Shown here: piece after piece, positions 19,838-28,676 of the stretch
How the letters are laid out: every line of letters begins with the position of its first letter
Numbering within the stretch: the first letter of the stretch is position 1
Origin: Candidatus Dojkabacteria bacterium
GTDB lineage: Bacteria > Patescibacteriota > Dojkabacteria > JAOAGR01
DNA length: 45,436 nt
Direction: 5' to 3'
Assembly (NCBI GenBank): GCA_025999155.1
Contig: AP026679.1
Coordinates: 466,699 to 512,134, forward strand
Notes under the pieces: model-generated
Database searches by the model: none
What the model was told of the DNA's origin: nothing
The model's input: only the letters and a program-made list of their open reading frames with translations
Translations under genes and position numbers: made by a program

Positions 19838-20365
19838 ATGTCAAAAATAGGTAAAAAACCGATTAATATACCTAATGAGGTTAGTGTTGATATAGTTGGT
19901 AATACCGTTCATGTCGCAGGTCCTAAAGGGGCTCTTTTTGTAAATACTAATAATAAAGTTAATGTGTACATAGATGACAACAGCATTTATGTAAAGGCTA
20001 TAGATCAAAATAATACTCAGTATCAAGGTTTGTACAGGTCTCTTATAAGTAATGCAGTGGAGGGAGTCTCAAAAGGTTTTACAAAGAAGCTGGAATTGAA
20101 TGGTGTTGGTTATAAAGCTAGTATACAAAATGGAGATTTGGTATTGAATGTTGGTTATTCACATCCTGTTGTTATTAAAAAACCTGAAGGCATAGAGTTT
20201 ACGGTTAATGAAAATATAATTTCTGTTTCTGGAATTGACAAAGTCTTAGTAGGTGATGTAGCTGCGAACATAAGATCTGTTCGACCGCCTGATCCTTATC
20301 GAGGTAAGGGTATTAAATATGTTGGTGAGTTATTAATTTTGAAGAAAGTTAAGTCTTTAAAGTAA
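19838..20365 (+). CDS. rplF: 50S ribosomal protein L6
   Basis: MSKIGKKPINIP...PPDPYRGKGIKYVGE. ATG at 19838. Confidence 0.93.
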   Translation: MSKIGKKPINIPNEVSVDIVGNTVHVAGPKGALFVNTNNKVNVYIDDNSIYVKAIDQNNTQYQGLYRSLISNAVEGVSKGFTKKLELNGVGYKASIQNGDLVLNVGYSHPVVIKKPEGIEFTVNENIISVSGIDKVLVGDVAANIRSVRPPDPYRGKGIKYVGELLILKKVKSLK

Positions 20366-20366
20366 A

Positions 20367-20708
20367 ATGAATAGCAGGGAAAGAAGACACAAAAGAATAC
20401 GCAAGAGAGTTTATGGAACAGAGTCAAAGCCGAGGTTATCTGTATACAGAAGTTCCAAGCATATGTTTGCTCAGCTTATCAATGACGATTTGCGAGTCAC
20501 TATTATAGGTATGAGTACATTGTCGTTAAAGTCTTTCGATGGTCAGACAAAAACTGAAAAAGCGCGTAAATTGGGTTTAGAATTAGGAGCAAAGATTGTT
20601 GCTTTAGGGAAGTATAAAAAAATTGTTTTTGATCGTGGCGGCTATAAATATCATGGAAGAGTCAAAGCTCTTGCGGAAGGTCTTCGAGAAGCTGGGTTAG
20701 AATTTTAA
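20367..20708 (+). CDS. rplR: 50S ribosomal protein L18
   Basis: RRHKRIRKRVYGT..RLSVYRSSKHMFAQLI...FDRGGYKYHGRVKALAEGLREAGLEF. Confidence 0.94.
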   Translation: MNSRERRHKRIRKRVYGTESKPRLSVYRSSKHMFAQLINDDLRVTIIGMSTLSLKSFDGQTKTEKARKLGLELGAKIVALGKYKKIVFDRGGYKYHGRVKALAEGLREAGLEF

Positions 20709-20714
20709 TTTGCT

Positions 20715-21170
20715 ATGTCGAACGATAAAATTAACAACAATAATAATGAATTAGAGGCTGTTGTGTTGTATACAAATAGGGTGGCTAAAGTCGTCAAGGG
20801 TGGTAAACGTATGAAGTTTCAAGCGATGGTTGTGGTTGGTGATAGAAAAGGAAGATTTGGTTTAGCTTTAGCTAAAGCAGGTGATTTAAAAGCGGCTATC
20901 GAAAAAGCTACAACAAAAGCAAAAAAGTCATTAATAAAAATTGACATAGAAGGTAGTACTTTTCCTTTTGAGATAATGCAGAAATACAAGGCCTCAAGAA
21001 TATTTTTTAAACCCGCCCCTCCGGGTACTGGCTTAATATGCAGTAATTCTATTAGACCTATATTAGATCTAGCGGGCGTCAAGGATATTTACAGTAAATT
21101 GTATGGAACTAGAAATAAAATTACTAACGCATATTGTGTAAAGGAAGCCTTATCCACTTTTAAAGTTTAG
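20715..21170 (+). CDS. rpsE: 30S ribosomal protein S5
   Basis: [35 protein letters not shown]. Confidence 0.94.
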   Translation: MSNDKINNNNNELEAVVLYTNRVAKVVKGGKRMKFQAMVVVGDRKGRFGLALAKAGDLKAAIEKATTKAKKSLIKIDIEGSTFPFEIMQKYKASRIFFKPAPPGTGLICSNSIRPILDLAGVKDIYSKLYGTRNKITNAYCVKEALSTFKV

Positions 21171-21175
21171 GTACG

Positions 21176-21607
21176 ATGTTCACTAATAATTTGATAAAAA
21201 TTGTAGATAAAAGAAAAAAAAGAGTAGGCAGAGGTCCGGGTTCTGGTAAAGGAATGCACACCGTAGGTAGAGGCCAGAAAGGGCAGGCGTCAAGATCAGG
21301 TTATAAAAAAAGATTAGGTTTTGAGGGAGGTCAGACTCCTGTACACAGGTTATTTCCTCGTATTAATCGGTTGAAGCCCTCGCGTGCTAAAATGACAGCA
21401 GTACCTATTGATTTGCTGTTAGAAAAGGGAGTGTATGATATTTCCTCTGAATCCATACGGGCTATATCAAAAGACAGACATGTTATTTTAGTCGGACCGA
21501 ACGATGCTAGTAAGTATGATTTTAGTAAAGTTCAAGTTGAGTCAGGAATAAAAATAACTCGGTCGCTGCAAAGAAAAATACATGAGTCGGGGGGGAAAAT
21601 TGGGTAA
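21176..21607 (+). CDS. rplO: 50S ribosomal protein L15 (directly after rpsE, with no L30 gene between)
   Basis: [25 protein letters not shown]. There are only 5 nt between the rpsE stop and this start. Confidence 0.93.
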   Translation: MFTNNLIKIVDKRKKRVGRGPGSGKGMHTVGRGQKGQASRSGYKKRLGFEGGQTPVHRLFPRINRLKPSRAKMTAVPIDLLLEKGVYDISSESIRAISKDRHVILVGPNDASKYDFSKVQVESGIKITRSLQRKIHESGGKIG

Positions 21608-21632
21608 AGTTAATTGAGTTTATGTAATACCT

Positions 21633-23315
21633 ATGGGTGCTTTTGATTACGTAAAATCTTTTCTCTATAATAAGGAAATCGTTGGAAGAGTTTTCGTTAC
21701 TTTGTTGATTTTGTTTATTTTCCGTTTGTTGTCAAAAGTCCCCGCTCCGGGGGTTGAGAAAGATGCTTTAGATGCTATCTTTGGCGGTAGTCAGTCTCAG
21801 GCGTCCTTATTCAATATTGCTAATGTACTTGCAGGAGGAACTTTATCTAATTTCTCAATCATTTCCATTGGTTTAGTTGCATTTATTAGTGCTTCAGTGA
21901 TTTTTCAATTGTTAGGATCCATAGTGCCAAAAATCGAAGAATTACAAAAAATGGGGGAAATTGGGCGTAAGATAATTGACCAGTGGACTAGAATTCTGAC
22001 AGTACCGATTGCGGCTATTCAATCGTATTTACTGTATTTGTTCTTGAAATCAAGTGATAATTTTGTAGGGAGGCCTCTTGTAGAGGACTTGTCAAATTTA
22101 AGGGTTGTCACTTTAGTGCTGACTCTTGTAGCAGGCACAATGCTTTTAGTATGGTTAGCTGAGTTATGTTCTGAACACGGACTTGGAGGTAGAAGGGGAG
22201 GTGGTATATCTATCATAATAACTGCTGGTATTCTTGCGTCTATACCCACGTCTATAATACAGGCTTTCTCTAATTTTGTTTCAAGCGATTATTTAAAAAA
22301 TTTCTGGCTATATTTTGGGCTAGAATGGCTGCTATTTTTTGCTTTGTACGGATTGGTTTTGCTCTTTATCTTTATTACTAGACGTATCTTGAATTTGACA
22401 AATATTCATGTCCGTAATGTATTCTTAGTACTCTATATTTTGTTATTTTTTGCTATTTTTGCTGGAGCAATTATAATGTTACGAGGAGATTATGAATGGG
22501 TTAAGCAGCTTAGAACGCTTTGGGAAGCTAATATCGCTAGATTAGATACTTTAGAGACGAGATTTGGTTTCTTTCTCGCTCTAACAATTCAGTTAATAGG
22601 TATTACTACATTTTTTAATGAATCTTATCGTAAAATTCCTATTAAATTTATTTCACGTATAAATAATTTTTCGAGACAATCTATTGATACTCTTTCGTAT
22701 TTACCAATAAAGTTATTAAGTGTAGGGGTTATGCCTATTATTTTTGCTCTATCCTTTCTTTCTTTACCGGGTGAATTTTATCGTTTTTTTGGCGAAAGTA
22801 TTAAAAAATGGGATGGCATAATAAGATTTTTTGGGTTATGGGAGATGAGATTGTTTACTGAATCTTTTGTCCAATCTTTTTATAGAGTTTTAGAGTATGC
22901 TTCACTAGGATGGCTAAATCCTTTTACTAGTCCTTATTATCATGTCTTGCATTTTATATTGACCGTTTTATTTAGCCTATTCTTTATAAGTGTAGTAATG
23001 AAGCCAGACGATGTTGCGAATGCTCTGAAAGCGCGTAAGTCATTTATTCCTGGTGTAAGACCTGGCAATGAAACAATTCAATTTATTTCAAGTACTATTT
23101 TTAGGGTTACATTTTGGGGAGGATTATTTTTAGCGATATTGTCTTCTTTACCTTATATATTTAACTTTTATAATTCTCAAGTTCCTTTAGGTATAGAATC
23201 CTTAATTGCTGGTGGTACTAGTATTTTGATAGTAGTATCCACTATTCTTTCCGTTAAGACGCAGATTGATGCTTTAATATTGACAAAAAATTACGAAAAA
23301 TTCGAGGATATATAG
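21633..23315 (+). CDS. secY: Preprotein translocase SecY, unusually long at 560 aa
   Basis: GGGISIIITAGILASIP (TM5), NESYRKIPIKF..., LPIKLLSVGVMPIIFA and KSFIPGVRPGNET, supported by synteny. Confidence 0.93.
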   Translation: MGAFDYVKSFLYNKEIVGRVFVTLLILFIFRLLSKVPAPGVEKDALDAIFGGSQSQASLFNIANVLAGGTLSNFSIISIGLVAFISASVIFQLLGSIVPKIEELQKMGEIGRKIIDQWTRILTVPIAAIQSYLLYLFLKSSDNFVGRPLVEDLSNLRVVTLVLTLVAGTMLLVWLAELCSEHGLGGRRGGGISIIITAGILASIPTSIIQAFSNFVSSDYLKNFWLYFGLEWLLFFALYGLVLLFIFITRRILNLTNIHVRNVFLVLYILLFFAIFAGAIIMLRGDYEWVKQLRTLWEANIARLDTLETRFGFFLALTIQLIGITTFFNESYRKIPIKFISRINNFSRQSIDTLSYLPIKLLSVGVMPIIFALSFLSLPGEFYRFFGESIKKWDGIIRFFGLWEMRLFTESFVQSFYRVLEYASLGWLNPFTSPYYHVLHFILTVLFSLFFISVVMKPDDVANALKARKSFIPGVRPGNETIQFISSTIFRVTFWGGLFLAILSSLPYIFNFYNSQVPLGIESLIAGGTSILIVVSTILSVKTQIDALILTKNYEKFEDI

Positions 23316-23321
23316 GCATAA

Positions 23322-24080
23322 ATGCGTAGTATTATTAAAACAAATTCCGAGATCAATATATTGAGGGATGGTGGCTTGATTGCTTCGGAAATTTTTGGTC
23401 ATTTAAAACGGGAAGTCGTTGAAGGAAACGATTCTTGTTCTTTAGACAAGTATGCGGAGTTTTTATTGAAGAAGTATAAAGTTAAATCGGCTTTCAAAGG
23501 TTATCAGGGTTATAAATTTAATATCTGTGCAAATTTGAATGAAGTCATTGTTCACGGTATTCCTAACAAAACAAAATTTAAATCTGGAGATATTTTTGGA
23601 TTAGATTTCGGTATTGTCTATAGAGGATATTATTTAGATATGTCTGCTACGATAGAAATAGGGGAAGTTAGACCTGAAGTACATGATTTTGTACAAAAAA
23701 CTTTGCACAGTATGAATCAGGGTGTATCTGCAGCTATTAGTTCTAATACTATAAGTGACATAACCAACGCAATGAGAAAAAATTTAGTAAATGAAACATT
23801 TCAATTAATGAAAGATTTTGTTGGACATGGTATTGGTAAGCAGCTTCATGAAATTCCAGAGATTCCGGGTGATGGTGTTTCTCCTCAACATGATTTAAAA
23901 ATTTTTCCTGGGATGGTTTTTGCTATAGAAGCAATTTCAGTATTTGGACCCACGAATAATTATCAGATCCTGGATGACGGATGGACTGTCGTTACAGAAG
24001 ATATGAAGTATCTGTCTGCTTTGTTCGAGGTAACCGTATTGGTAAATCAGGACGGCCCTGAGATTTTGACACCTTTATAG
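23322..24080 (+). CDS. map: Methionine aminopeptidase type I
   Basis: Metal ligand contexts DFGIVYRGYYLDMSAT, GHGIG, FAIEA and LFEVTV, supported by synteny. Confidence 0.92.
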   Translation: MRSIIKTNSEINILRDGGLIASEIFGHLKREVVEGNDSCSLDKYAEFLLKKYKVKSAFKGYQGYKFNICANLNEVIVHGIPNKTKFKSGDIFGLDFGIVYRGYYLDMSATIEIGEVRPEVHDFVQKTLHSMNQGVSAAISSNTISDITNAMRKNLVNETFQLMKDFVGHGIGKQLHEIPEIPGDGVSPQHDLKIFPGMVFAIEAISVFGPTNNYQILDDGWTVVTEDMKYLSALFEVTVLVNQDGPEILTPL

Positions 24081-24227
24081 TTGTAAATTTATTTAAGAAA
24101 AGAGTTTGTTATAATTAGATTTTGTTCCTAAAAAAAATTATAAAAAGTATTTGATAGTAAAAATGCTTCTATGTACGCAGAGGAGTTTGATTTGTGAAAG
24201 TTTTTCCTATATAATCTGGAGACATTT

Positions 24228-24449
24228 ATGGAAAATGGCAAAATCGTATTGGAAGGAGTAGTTGAAGAATGCTTAAGAGGCACAGAATTTTCTATAAGAC
24301 TGGATGTGAAAGGTAAAGTAAAAAAGGTTGTAGGTTATATATCTGGTAAAATGCGTAAAAATTATATTAAGGTCGGTCCAGGGGATAGGGTTGCAGTGGA
24401 GCTTACACCGTACGATTTAAATAGGGTAAGAATAATAAAAAGGTTATGA
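24228..24449 (+). CDS. infA: Translation initiation factor IF-1
   Basis: S1-like fold: LEGVVEECLRGTEFSIRL...GYISGKMRKNYIKVGPGDRVAVELTPYDLNRVRIIKRL. Confidence 0.95.
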   Translation: MENGKIVLEGVVEECLRGTEFSIRLDVKGKVKKVVGYISGKMRKNYIKVGPGDRVAVELTPYDLNRVRIIKRL

Positions 24450-24604
24450 AAGTTAAGACTAGTTTAAAACCTCGATGTGAACATTGTTATATGGTAAGAC
24501 GTGGTAAGACTTTATTTGTATATTGTAAACGAAACCGAAGGCATAACCAAAGACAATGGAGAGGTCATGGAAAGAATGTTAAAAAGACTAGAAAAGGAAG
24601 ATAA
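24446..24604 (+). CDS. rpmJ: 50S ribosomal protein L36 with a C-terminal basic extension (52 aa, below the ORF-track cutoff)
   Basis: Manual translation: MKVKTSLKPRCEHCYMVRRGKTLFVYCKRNRRHNQRQWRGHGKNVKKTRKGR. CxxC...C...H zinc ribbon. The ATG overlaps the infA TGA (ATGA). Confidence 0.88.
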   Translation: MKVKTSLKPRCEHCYMVRRGKTLFVYCKRNRRHNQRQWRGHGKNVKKTRKGR

Positions 24605-24616
24605 TATTAAATAATC

Positions 24617-25015
24617 ATGGCGGTTAATACAAAAATTTTAGGAGTTAATATAGACGCTTCTAAAAAAGTTTTGTACTCTTTGCAGGGTATATTTGGTATA
24701 GGTAAATCAACGGCTGCAAAAATTTTATCTAAAGTAGGTGTTGATCCCGAACTAAGAGTTAAAGATATCGATGATGAGAGTTTTAATAAAATACGCTTAG
24801 AGATTGAGAATGGCGATTATGTATTGGAGGGTGATTTAAGACAAAAAATATATAAGGATATAACACGTTTAAAGGCTATAAAGTGTTATAGAGGTTATCG
24901 ACATAGGGTTGGTTTGCCTGTAAGAGGTCAAAATACCCGAAGAAATGCACGTACAAGAAAAGGTAGAGTAAAAGTTGCTGTGGGAGGTTTAAAGAAGAAG
25001 TTACAAAAGAAATAG
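24617..25015 (+). CDS. rpsM: 30S ribosomal protein S13
   Basis: ILGVNIDASKKVLYSLQGIFGIGKSTA...YRGYRHRVGLPVRGQNTRRNARTRKG. Confidence 0.95.
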   Translation: MAVNTKILGVNIDASKKVLYSLQGIFGIGKSTAAKILSKVGVDPELRVKDIDDESFNKIRLEIENGDYVLEGDLRQKIYKDITRLKAIKCYRGYRHRVGLPVRGQNTRRNARTRKGRVKVAVGGLKKKLQKK

Positions 25016-25034
25016 TAAGTATAATCCATAGTAT

Positions 25035-25448
25035 ATGGCCCGATCCAAAAGTACAAAAAATCAGTCTGCAAAATCAGTCAAATCTAAAAAAGCTAAGAAG
25101 GTAGTATATAGAGGGAGAATCTATATGTACGCATCATACAATAATACGATTTTAACTTTTACTGATGATAATGGTGATGTCTTAGCTTGGTCTAGTGCAG
25201 GGGTAGTTGGTTTTTCTGGTGCAAGAAAAAGCACTCCTTACGCGGCACAAAAAGCGGCTGAAAATTTGAATTCTAAAATTGCTAAGTTTGGGGTTAAAGA
25301 AGTTGATGTATATATCAAAGGTGCAGGTGCTGCGAAGCAATTAGCTTTGAAAGAATTATCGAACGGAGGTTATCGAATATGCAGTTTAATCGATAATAAT
25401 CCTGTTCGTATGGGGGGCACCAGACCAAGAAAGAGGCCTCGTAAGTAA
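25035..25448 (+). CDS. rpsK: 30S ribosomal protein S11
   Basis: ASYNNTILTFTDDNGDVLAWSSAG..GFSGARKSTPYAAQ. Confidence 0.95.
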   Translation: MARSKSTKNQSAKSVKSKKAKKVVYRGRIYMYASYNNTILTFTDDNGDVLAWSSAGVVGFSGARKSTPYAAQKAAENLNSKIAKFGVKEVDVYIKGAGAAKQLALKELSNGGYRICSLIDNNPVRMGGTRPRKRPRK

Positions 25449-25460
25449 ACTATACTGATT

Positions 25461-26078
25461 ATGGCTAGAATTACAAAAGGAAAATATAAATTGTGCAGGA
25501 GGGAAAGGTACGATTTGTTTCCTAGGGTGGGAGATCAGTCTCAATCTAGTAAACGTTTAAAAAGAAGAACTCCGCCTGGTGAGCATCCTATATATCCAAG
25601 GATGTCGCAGTATGCTGTTCAGTTTAGAGAAAAGCAAAAAGTAAAAAGAATATATGGAATGTTGGAAAGGCAGTTTAGACGTTTTTTCGAAATGGCATCA
25701 AAAAAGGAAGGTGAAACTGGTCTTGCTCTTTTGCAGCTTCTGGAATTACGATTAGATAATTTTCTGTTTCGTGCTGGCTTGGCTAAGACTCGCGATCAAG
25801 CGCGTCAATTAGTCAATCATGGTCATGTTTTAGTTGATGGGAGAAAGGTCGATGTTCCTTCTTACCTACTGAAAGTTGGTCAGACTGTCAAGTTAGTTGA
25901 TAAGATTTGTAATTTAGATTGGTATGAGGAAATTAAAAGAATAAATGAGTCTTATGTATGTCCGTCCTGGATTTCCAGGCAATCTATAAGTGAAGCTTCT
26001 GTAGCACGTATACCGTCAAGGGAAGATATGGATCAAAGTATTAATGTACAATATATAGTTGAGTTTTATTCTAAATAA
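25461..26078 (+). CDS. rpsD: 30S ribosomal protein S4
   Basis: MARITKGKYKLCRRE...RLDNFLFRAGLAKTRDQARQLVNHGHVLVDGRKV (S4 domain). Confidence 0.95.
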   Translation: MARITKGKYKLCRRERYDLFPRVGDQSQSSKRLKRRTPPGEHPIYPRMSQYAVQFREKQKVKRIYGMLERQFRRFFEMASKKEGETGLALLQLLELRLDNFLFRAGLAKTRDQARQLVNHGHVLVDGRKVDVPSYLLKVGQTVKLVDKICNLDWYEEIKRINESYVCPSWISRQSISEASVARIPSREDMDQSINVQYIVEFYSK

Positions 26079-26080
26079 TT

Positions 26081-26770
26081 ATGGCAAATCTTAATGTAAA
26101 AAAAATAAAAGAGGACCAGTTTTATGGTGCTTACGAAATATACCCTTTTGAAAAAGGTTGGGGGAACACGTTGGCTGTCGCGCTTCGAAGAGTGTTGTTG
26201 TCATCTATACAAGGTGCTGCAATAACAAAAATGAGGGTAAGAGGGGTGGATCATGAGTTTTCAACTTTAAAAGGAGTCAAAGAAGATGTGTTAAGAATAA
26301 GGCTTAATTTGCAGCAAGTTGTTTTAGATATGACTGGTTCTACTTCTGAGAAGATTATTGTAAAAGCTAAAGGTCCGAAAAAAGTTTTTGCTTCAGACAT
26401 AGAGACTCCGGGAAATGTGAGAGTCATAAATCCAGATCTGTTTATTGCTGAATTGACTACAGAAGATGCAGAATTATACATAGAAGCTTTTGTAGAGGTA
26501 GGGAGTGGTTTTAAATTAGCTGATGATGAGATTAGAAATTTGGAACCTGGTACAATACCAATGGATCGAAATTTTTCTCCTATATTAAAAGTAAATTATA
26601 ATGTCGAAGCTACTCGTGTTGCTCAAAGGACGGATTTTGAAAAGATATTTATTGAAATATGGAGTAATGGGGGTGTGGCTCCTTATGATGCTTTATTGGA
26701 AGCTGTAGATAAGTTACAGAATGGTGTGAATGAACTTAAAGAGACATTAAATGCTGAAATTAATGAATAA
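26081..26770 (+). CDS. rpoA: DNA-directed RNA polymerase alpha subunit, N-terminal domain only (229 aa)
   Basis: FEKGWGNTLAVALRRVLLSSIQGAAIT...EFSTLKGVKEDV. The protein ends at about the NTD boundary, and rplQ starts 14 nt later. Confidence 0.9.
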   Translation: MANLNVKKIKEDQFYGAYEIYPFEKGWGNTLAVALRRVLLSSIQGAAITKMRVRGVDHEFSTLKGVKEDVLRIRLNLQQVVLDMTGSTSEKIIVKAKGPKKVFASDIETPGNVRVINPDLFIAELTTEDAELYIEAFVEVGSGFKLADDEIRNLEPGTIPMDRNFSPILKVNYNVEATRVAQRTDFEKIFIEIWSNGGVAPYDALLEAVDKLQNGVNELKETLNAEINE

Positions 26771-26784
26771 TCTTATATCCTGTT

Positions 26785-27129
26785 ATGTATAAGAAAAAAA
26801 GAGTAAGAAAATTAGGTAAGCCACGAGATCAGAGAATCGCTTTAGTAAAGTCTCAAGTGAGGGATTTGATTGGTAGAGGATATATCAAGACCACTATGGC
26901 AAGGGCTAAAGAAGTGGTCCGTGTATTAGGAGTATTAGCTCATCATGTAAAATCAGAAAATAAGCGAATGGCCGAGGCTTATTTGAAAGATGAAAGATTA
27001 GTATCTAGGTTATCTGCTTTTGACTTAGATAAGAGATTAACTGGTTTAGCTCGCATGATAAAAATAGGCAATCGAAAAGGTGATAATGCCAAGAAAGTTT
27101 TGGTCGAATTAGTAAAAAATAACCCATGA
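26785..27129 (+). CDS. rplQ: 50S ribosomal protein L17
   Basis: RKLGKPRDQRIALVKSQVRDLIGRGYIKTTMARAKE, supported by synteny. Confidence 0.92.
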   Translation: MYKKKRVRKLGKPRDQRIALVKSQVRDLIGRGYIKTTMARAKEVVRVLGVLAHHVKSENKRMAEAYLKDERLVSRLSAFDLDKRLTGLARMIKIGNRKGDNAKKVLVELVKNNP

Positions 27130-27557
27130 AAAAAACTACAACATTAAAACTAAAGGATGTAATACGTGATTGGTACGTAATAGATTGTTCTGGTCAAACA
27201 CTTGGTCGAATAGCTTCGAAAGTGGTAAGAATCATCACAGGAAAAAACAAGCCAAATTATGCGCCAAATTTGAATAATGGTGATAAAGTTATACTGATTA
27301 ATACATCTAATATAAGATGGACTGGTAATAAAGGAGAAACGAAGATCTATCGTAGCCATTCTGGTTATCAAGGTGGTCTTAAAGAAAGAACCTTAGAATG
27401 GTTAATGCACAAAAACCCAAATGCCGTTTTAAGAAACGCTATATACGGCATGCTTCCTAAAAATCGTATGAGAGATAAATATATTACAAATGTGTATTTT
27501 TATACTGACTCAAATCATAATCACGAAGCTCAGCAACCGAAAGTATTAGATATATGA
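27126..27557 (+). CDS. rplM: 50S ribosomal protein L13
   Basis: WYVIDCSGQTLGRIASKVVRIITGKNKPNYAP...YRSHSGYQGGLKE. Confidence 0.94.
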   Translation: MKKTTTLKLKDVIRDWYVIDCSGQTLGRIASKVVRIITGKNKPNYAPNLNNGDKVILINTSNIRWTGNKGETKIYRSHSGYQGGLKERTLEWLMHKNPNAVLRNAIYGMLPKNRMRDKYITNVYFYTDSNHNHEAQQPKVLDI

Positions 27558-27571
27558 GATGATTATTTACT

Positions 27572-28012
27572 ATGTCAGATAATTCAAAAAAACGTGCAAT
27601 TAATATTGATAATGTTATCAATGCTGAAATTCTAGCTTATGCAATAGGCCGACGTAAAAGAGCTGTTGCAAGAGTGCGTATGTATCCGGGAATCGGAAAA
27701 ATAATAATCAATGGAAAGCCACTAGAAAAGTATGTTTATTTTGAATCTAAAGTAAGGGAATTCCTCAAGCCACTAGAGATTGCTGGTGTTAAAGAAAATC
27801 ATGATTTTACTGTAAAAGTATCTGGAGGAGGTGCTTCTGGTCAGTTAGACGCTATTAAACATGGTATAGCACGATGCATAGCTAAAATAAATGATGATAT
27901 GAAGAAGACGATGAGACAGCATGGGTTTTTGACTAGAGATCCTCGGGAAAAGGAAAGAAAGAAAGTTTATCGTGTTGGTGCTCGTAAGTCTCCTCAATAT
28001 TCTAAACGATAG
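27572..28012 (+). CDS. rpsI: 30S ribosomal protein S9
   Basis: AIGRRKRAVARVRMYPGIGKIIING...GGGASGQLDAIKHGIARC...RDPREKERKKVYRVGARKSPQYSKR. Confidence 0.95.
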   Translation: MSDNSKKRAINIDNVINAEILAYAIGRRKRAVARVRMYPGIGKIIINGKPLEKYVYFESKVREFLKPLEIAGVKENHDFTVKVSGGGASGQLDAIKHGIARCIAKINDDMKKTMRQHGFLTRDPREKERKKVYRVGARKSPQYSKR

Positions 28013-28038
28013 TTTTGATAAATTGTATGTATTGGAAA

Positions 28039-28114
28039 GTCGAGGTAGCTCAGTTGGTAGAGCGAGGGACTGAAAATCCCTGCGTCGCGGGTTCAAGTCC
28101 CGCCCTTGACACCA
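28039..28114 (+). tRNA. tRNA-Phe (anticodon GAA), CCA encoded
   Basis: Manual cloverleaf. Acceptor GTCGAGG/CCTTGAC, D stem GCTC/GAGC, anticodon stem AGGGA/TCCCT with loop CTGAAAA, T stem GCGGG/CCCGC with loop TTCAAGT. Confidence 0.9.
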
Positions 28115-28130
28115 TTGTGTTATTTATTTT

Positions 28131-28205
28131 GGGCGGTTAGCTCAGTTGGTTTAGAGCGCCTCGTTTACACCGAGGAGGTCGGGGGTTCGAGTCCCTCATC
28201 GCCCA
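28131..28205 (+). tRNA. tRNA-Val (anticodon UAC)
   Basis: Manual cloverleaf. Acceptor GGGCGGT/ATCGCCC, D stem GCTC/GAGC, anticodon stem CCTCG/CGAGG with loop TTTACAC, T loop TTCGAGT. No encoded CCA. Confidence 0.9.
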
Positions 28206-28206
28206 C

Positions 28207-28240
28207 TCGTAGTTTGGGGTACAAACTACGATTTATAAGA
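28207..28240 (+). terminator. Hairpin terminator after the tRNA pair at the end of the ribosomal superoperon
   Basis: Stem TCGTAGTTTG / CAAACTACGA (28207-28216 / 28222-28231), loop GGGTA. Only a weak T tract follows (TTTATAA). Confidence 0.5.
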
Positions 28241-28676
28241 AAAATTTGAATATTCTTTATTTCGGAAAGAATTTCCCTGCCCGCCTTAAGACGGTCTCGC
28301 TCTTAACAATTTTTCAAAGAGTTGAAAAGAAATAAACAAATGTGAAAAGTTAAAATACTAAGTACAAAATTATGTGTTAGGGTTATTGGTATTGGACATC
28401 TATAGTAGATCATATCCGATCAATTAAATCCTCATAATATGTCGAATTAGTGGGTATTATTGTGATTGATAGACAAAAGATTCTGTTTTTTTCGAAAGAC
28501 ACTAAGGATGCAAAAATATATGACAATTTTTAGGATTTGCTAAAACTCAGAAACCCTATTTTATTATTCTAGCAATGCCTCATTATTTTTATTTTGAATC
28601 ATTTAGCTTTTATTGAAGCTGCGCATAACTCGGCGAAGGTAAATCAATATATGAACCCAAAAGAATTTCTTGATTT

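Noticed and set aside
27845-28096. 83-aa minus-strand ORF on the track
   Set aside because: It is antisense to the rpsI 3' end and runs through tRNA-Phe, so it is an artefact.
28234-28676. Possible ncRNA or att site in the 470-bp gap after tRNA-Val
   Set aside because: I found only very short hairpins, no repeat of the tRNA-Val 3' end, and no recognisable conserved RNA motif (tmRNA, RNase P, SRP) by eye. This cannot be supported without a covariance-model scan.
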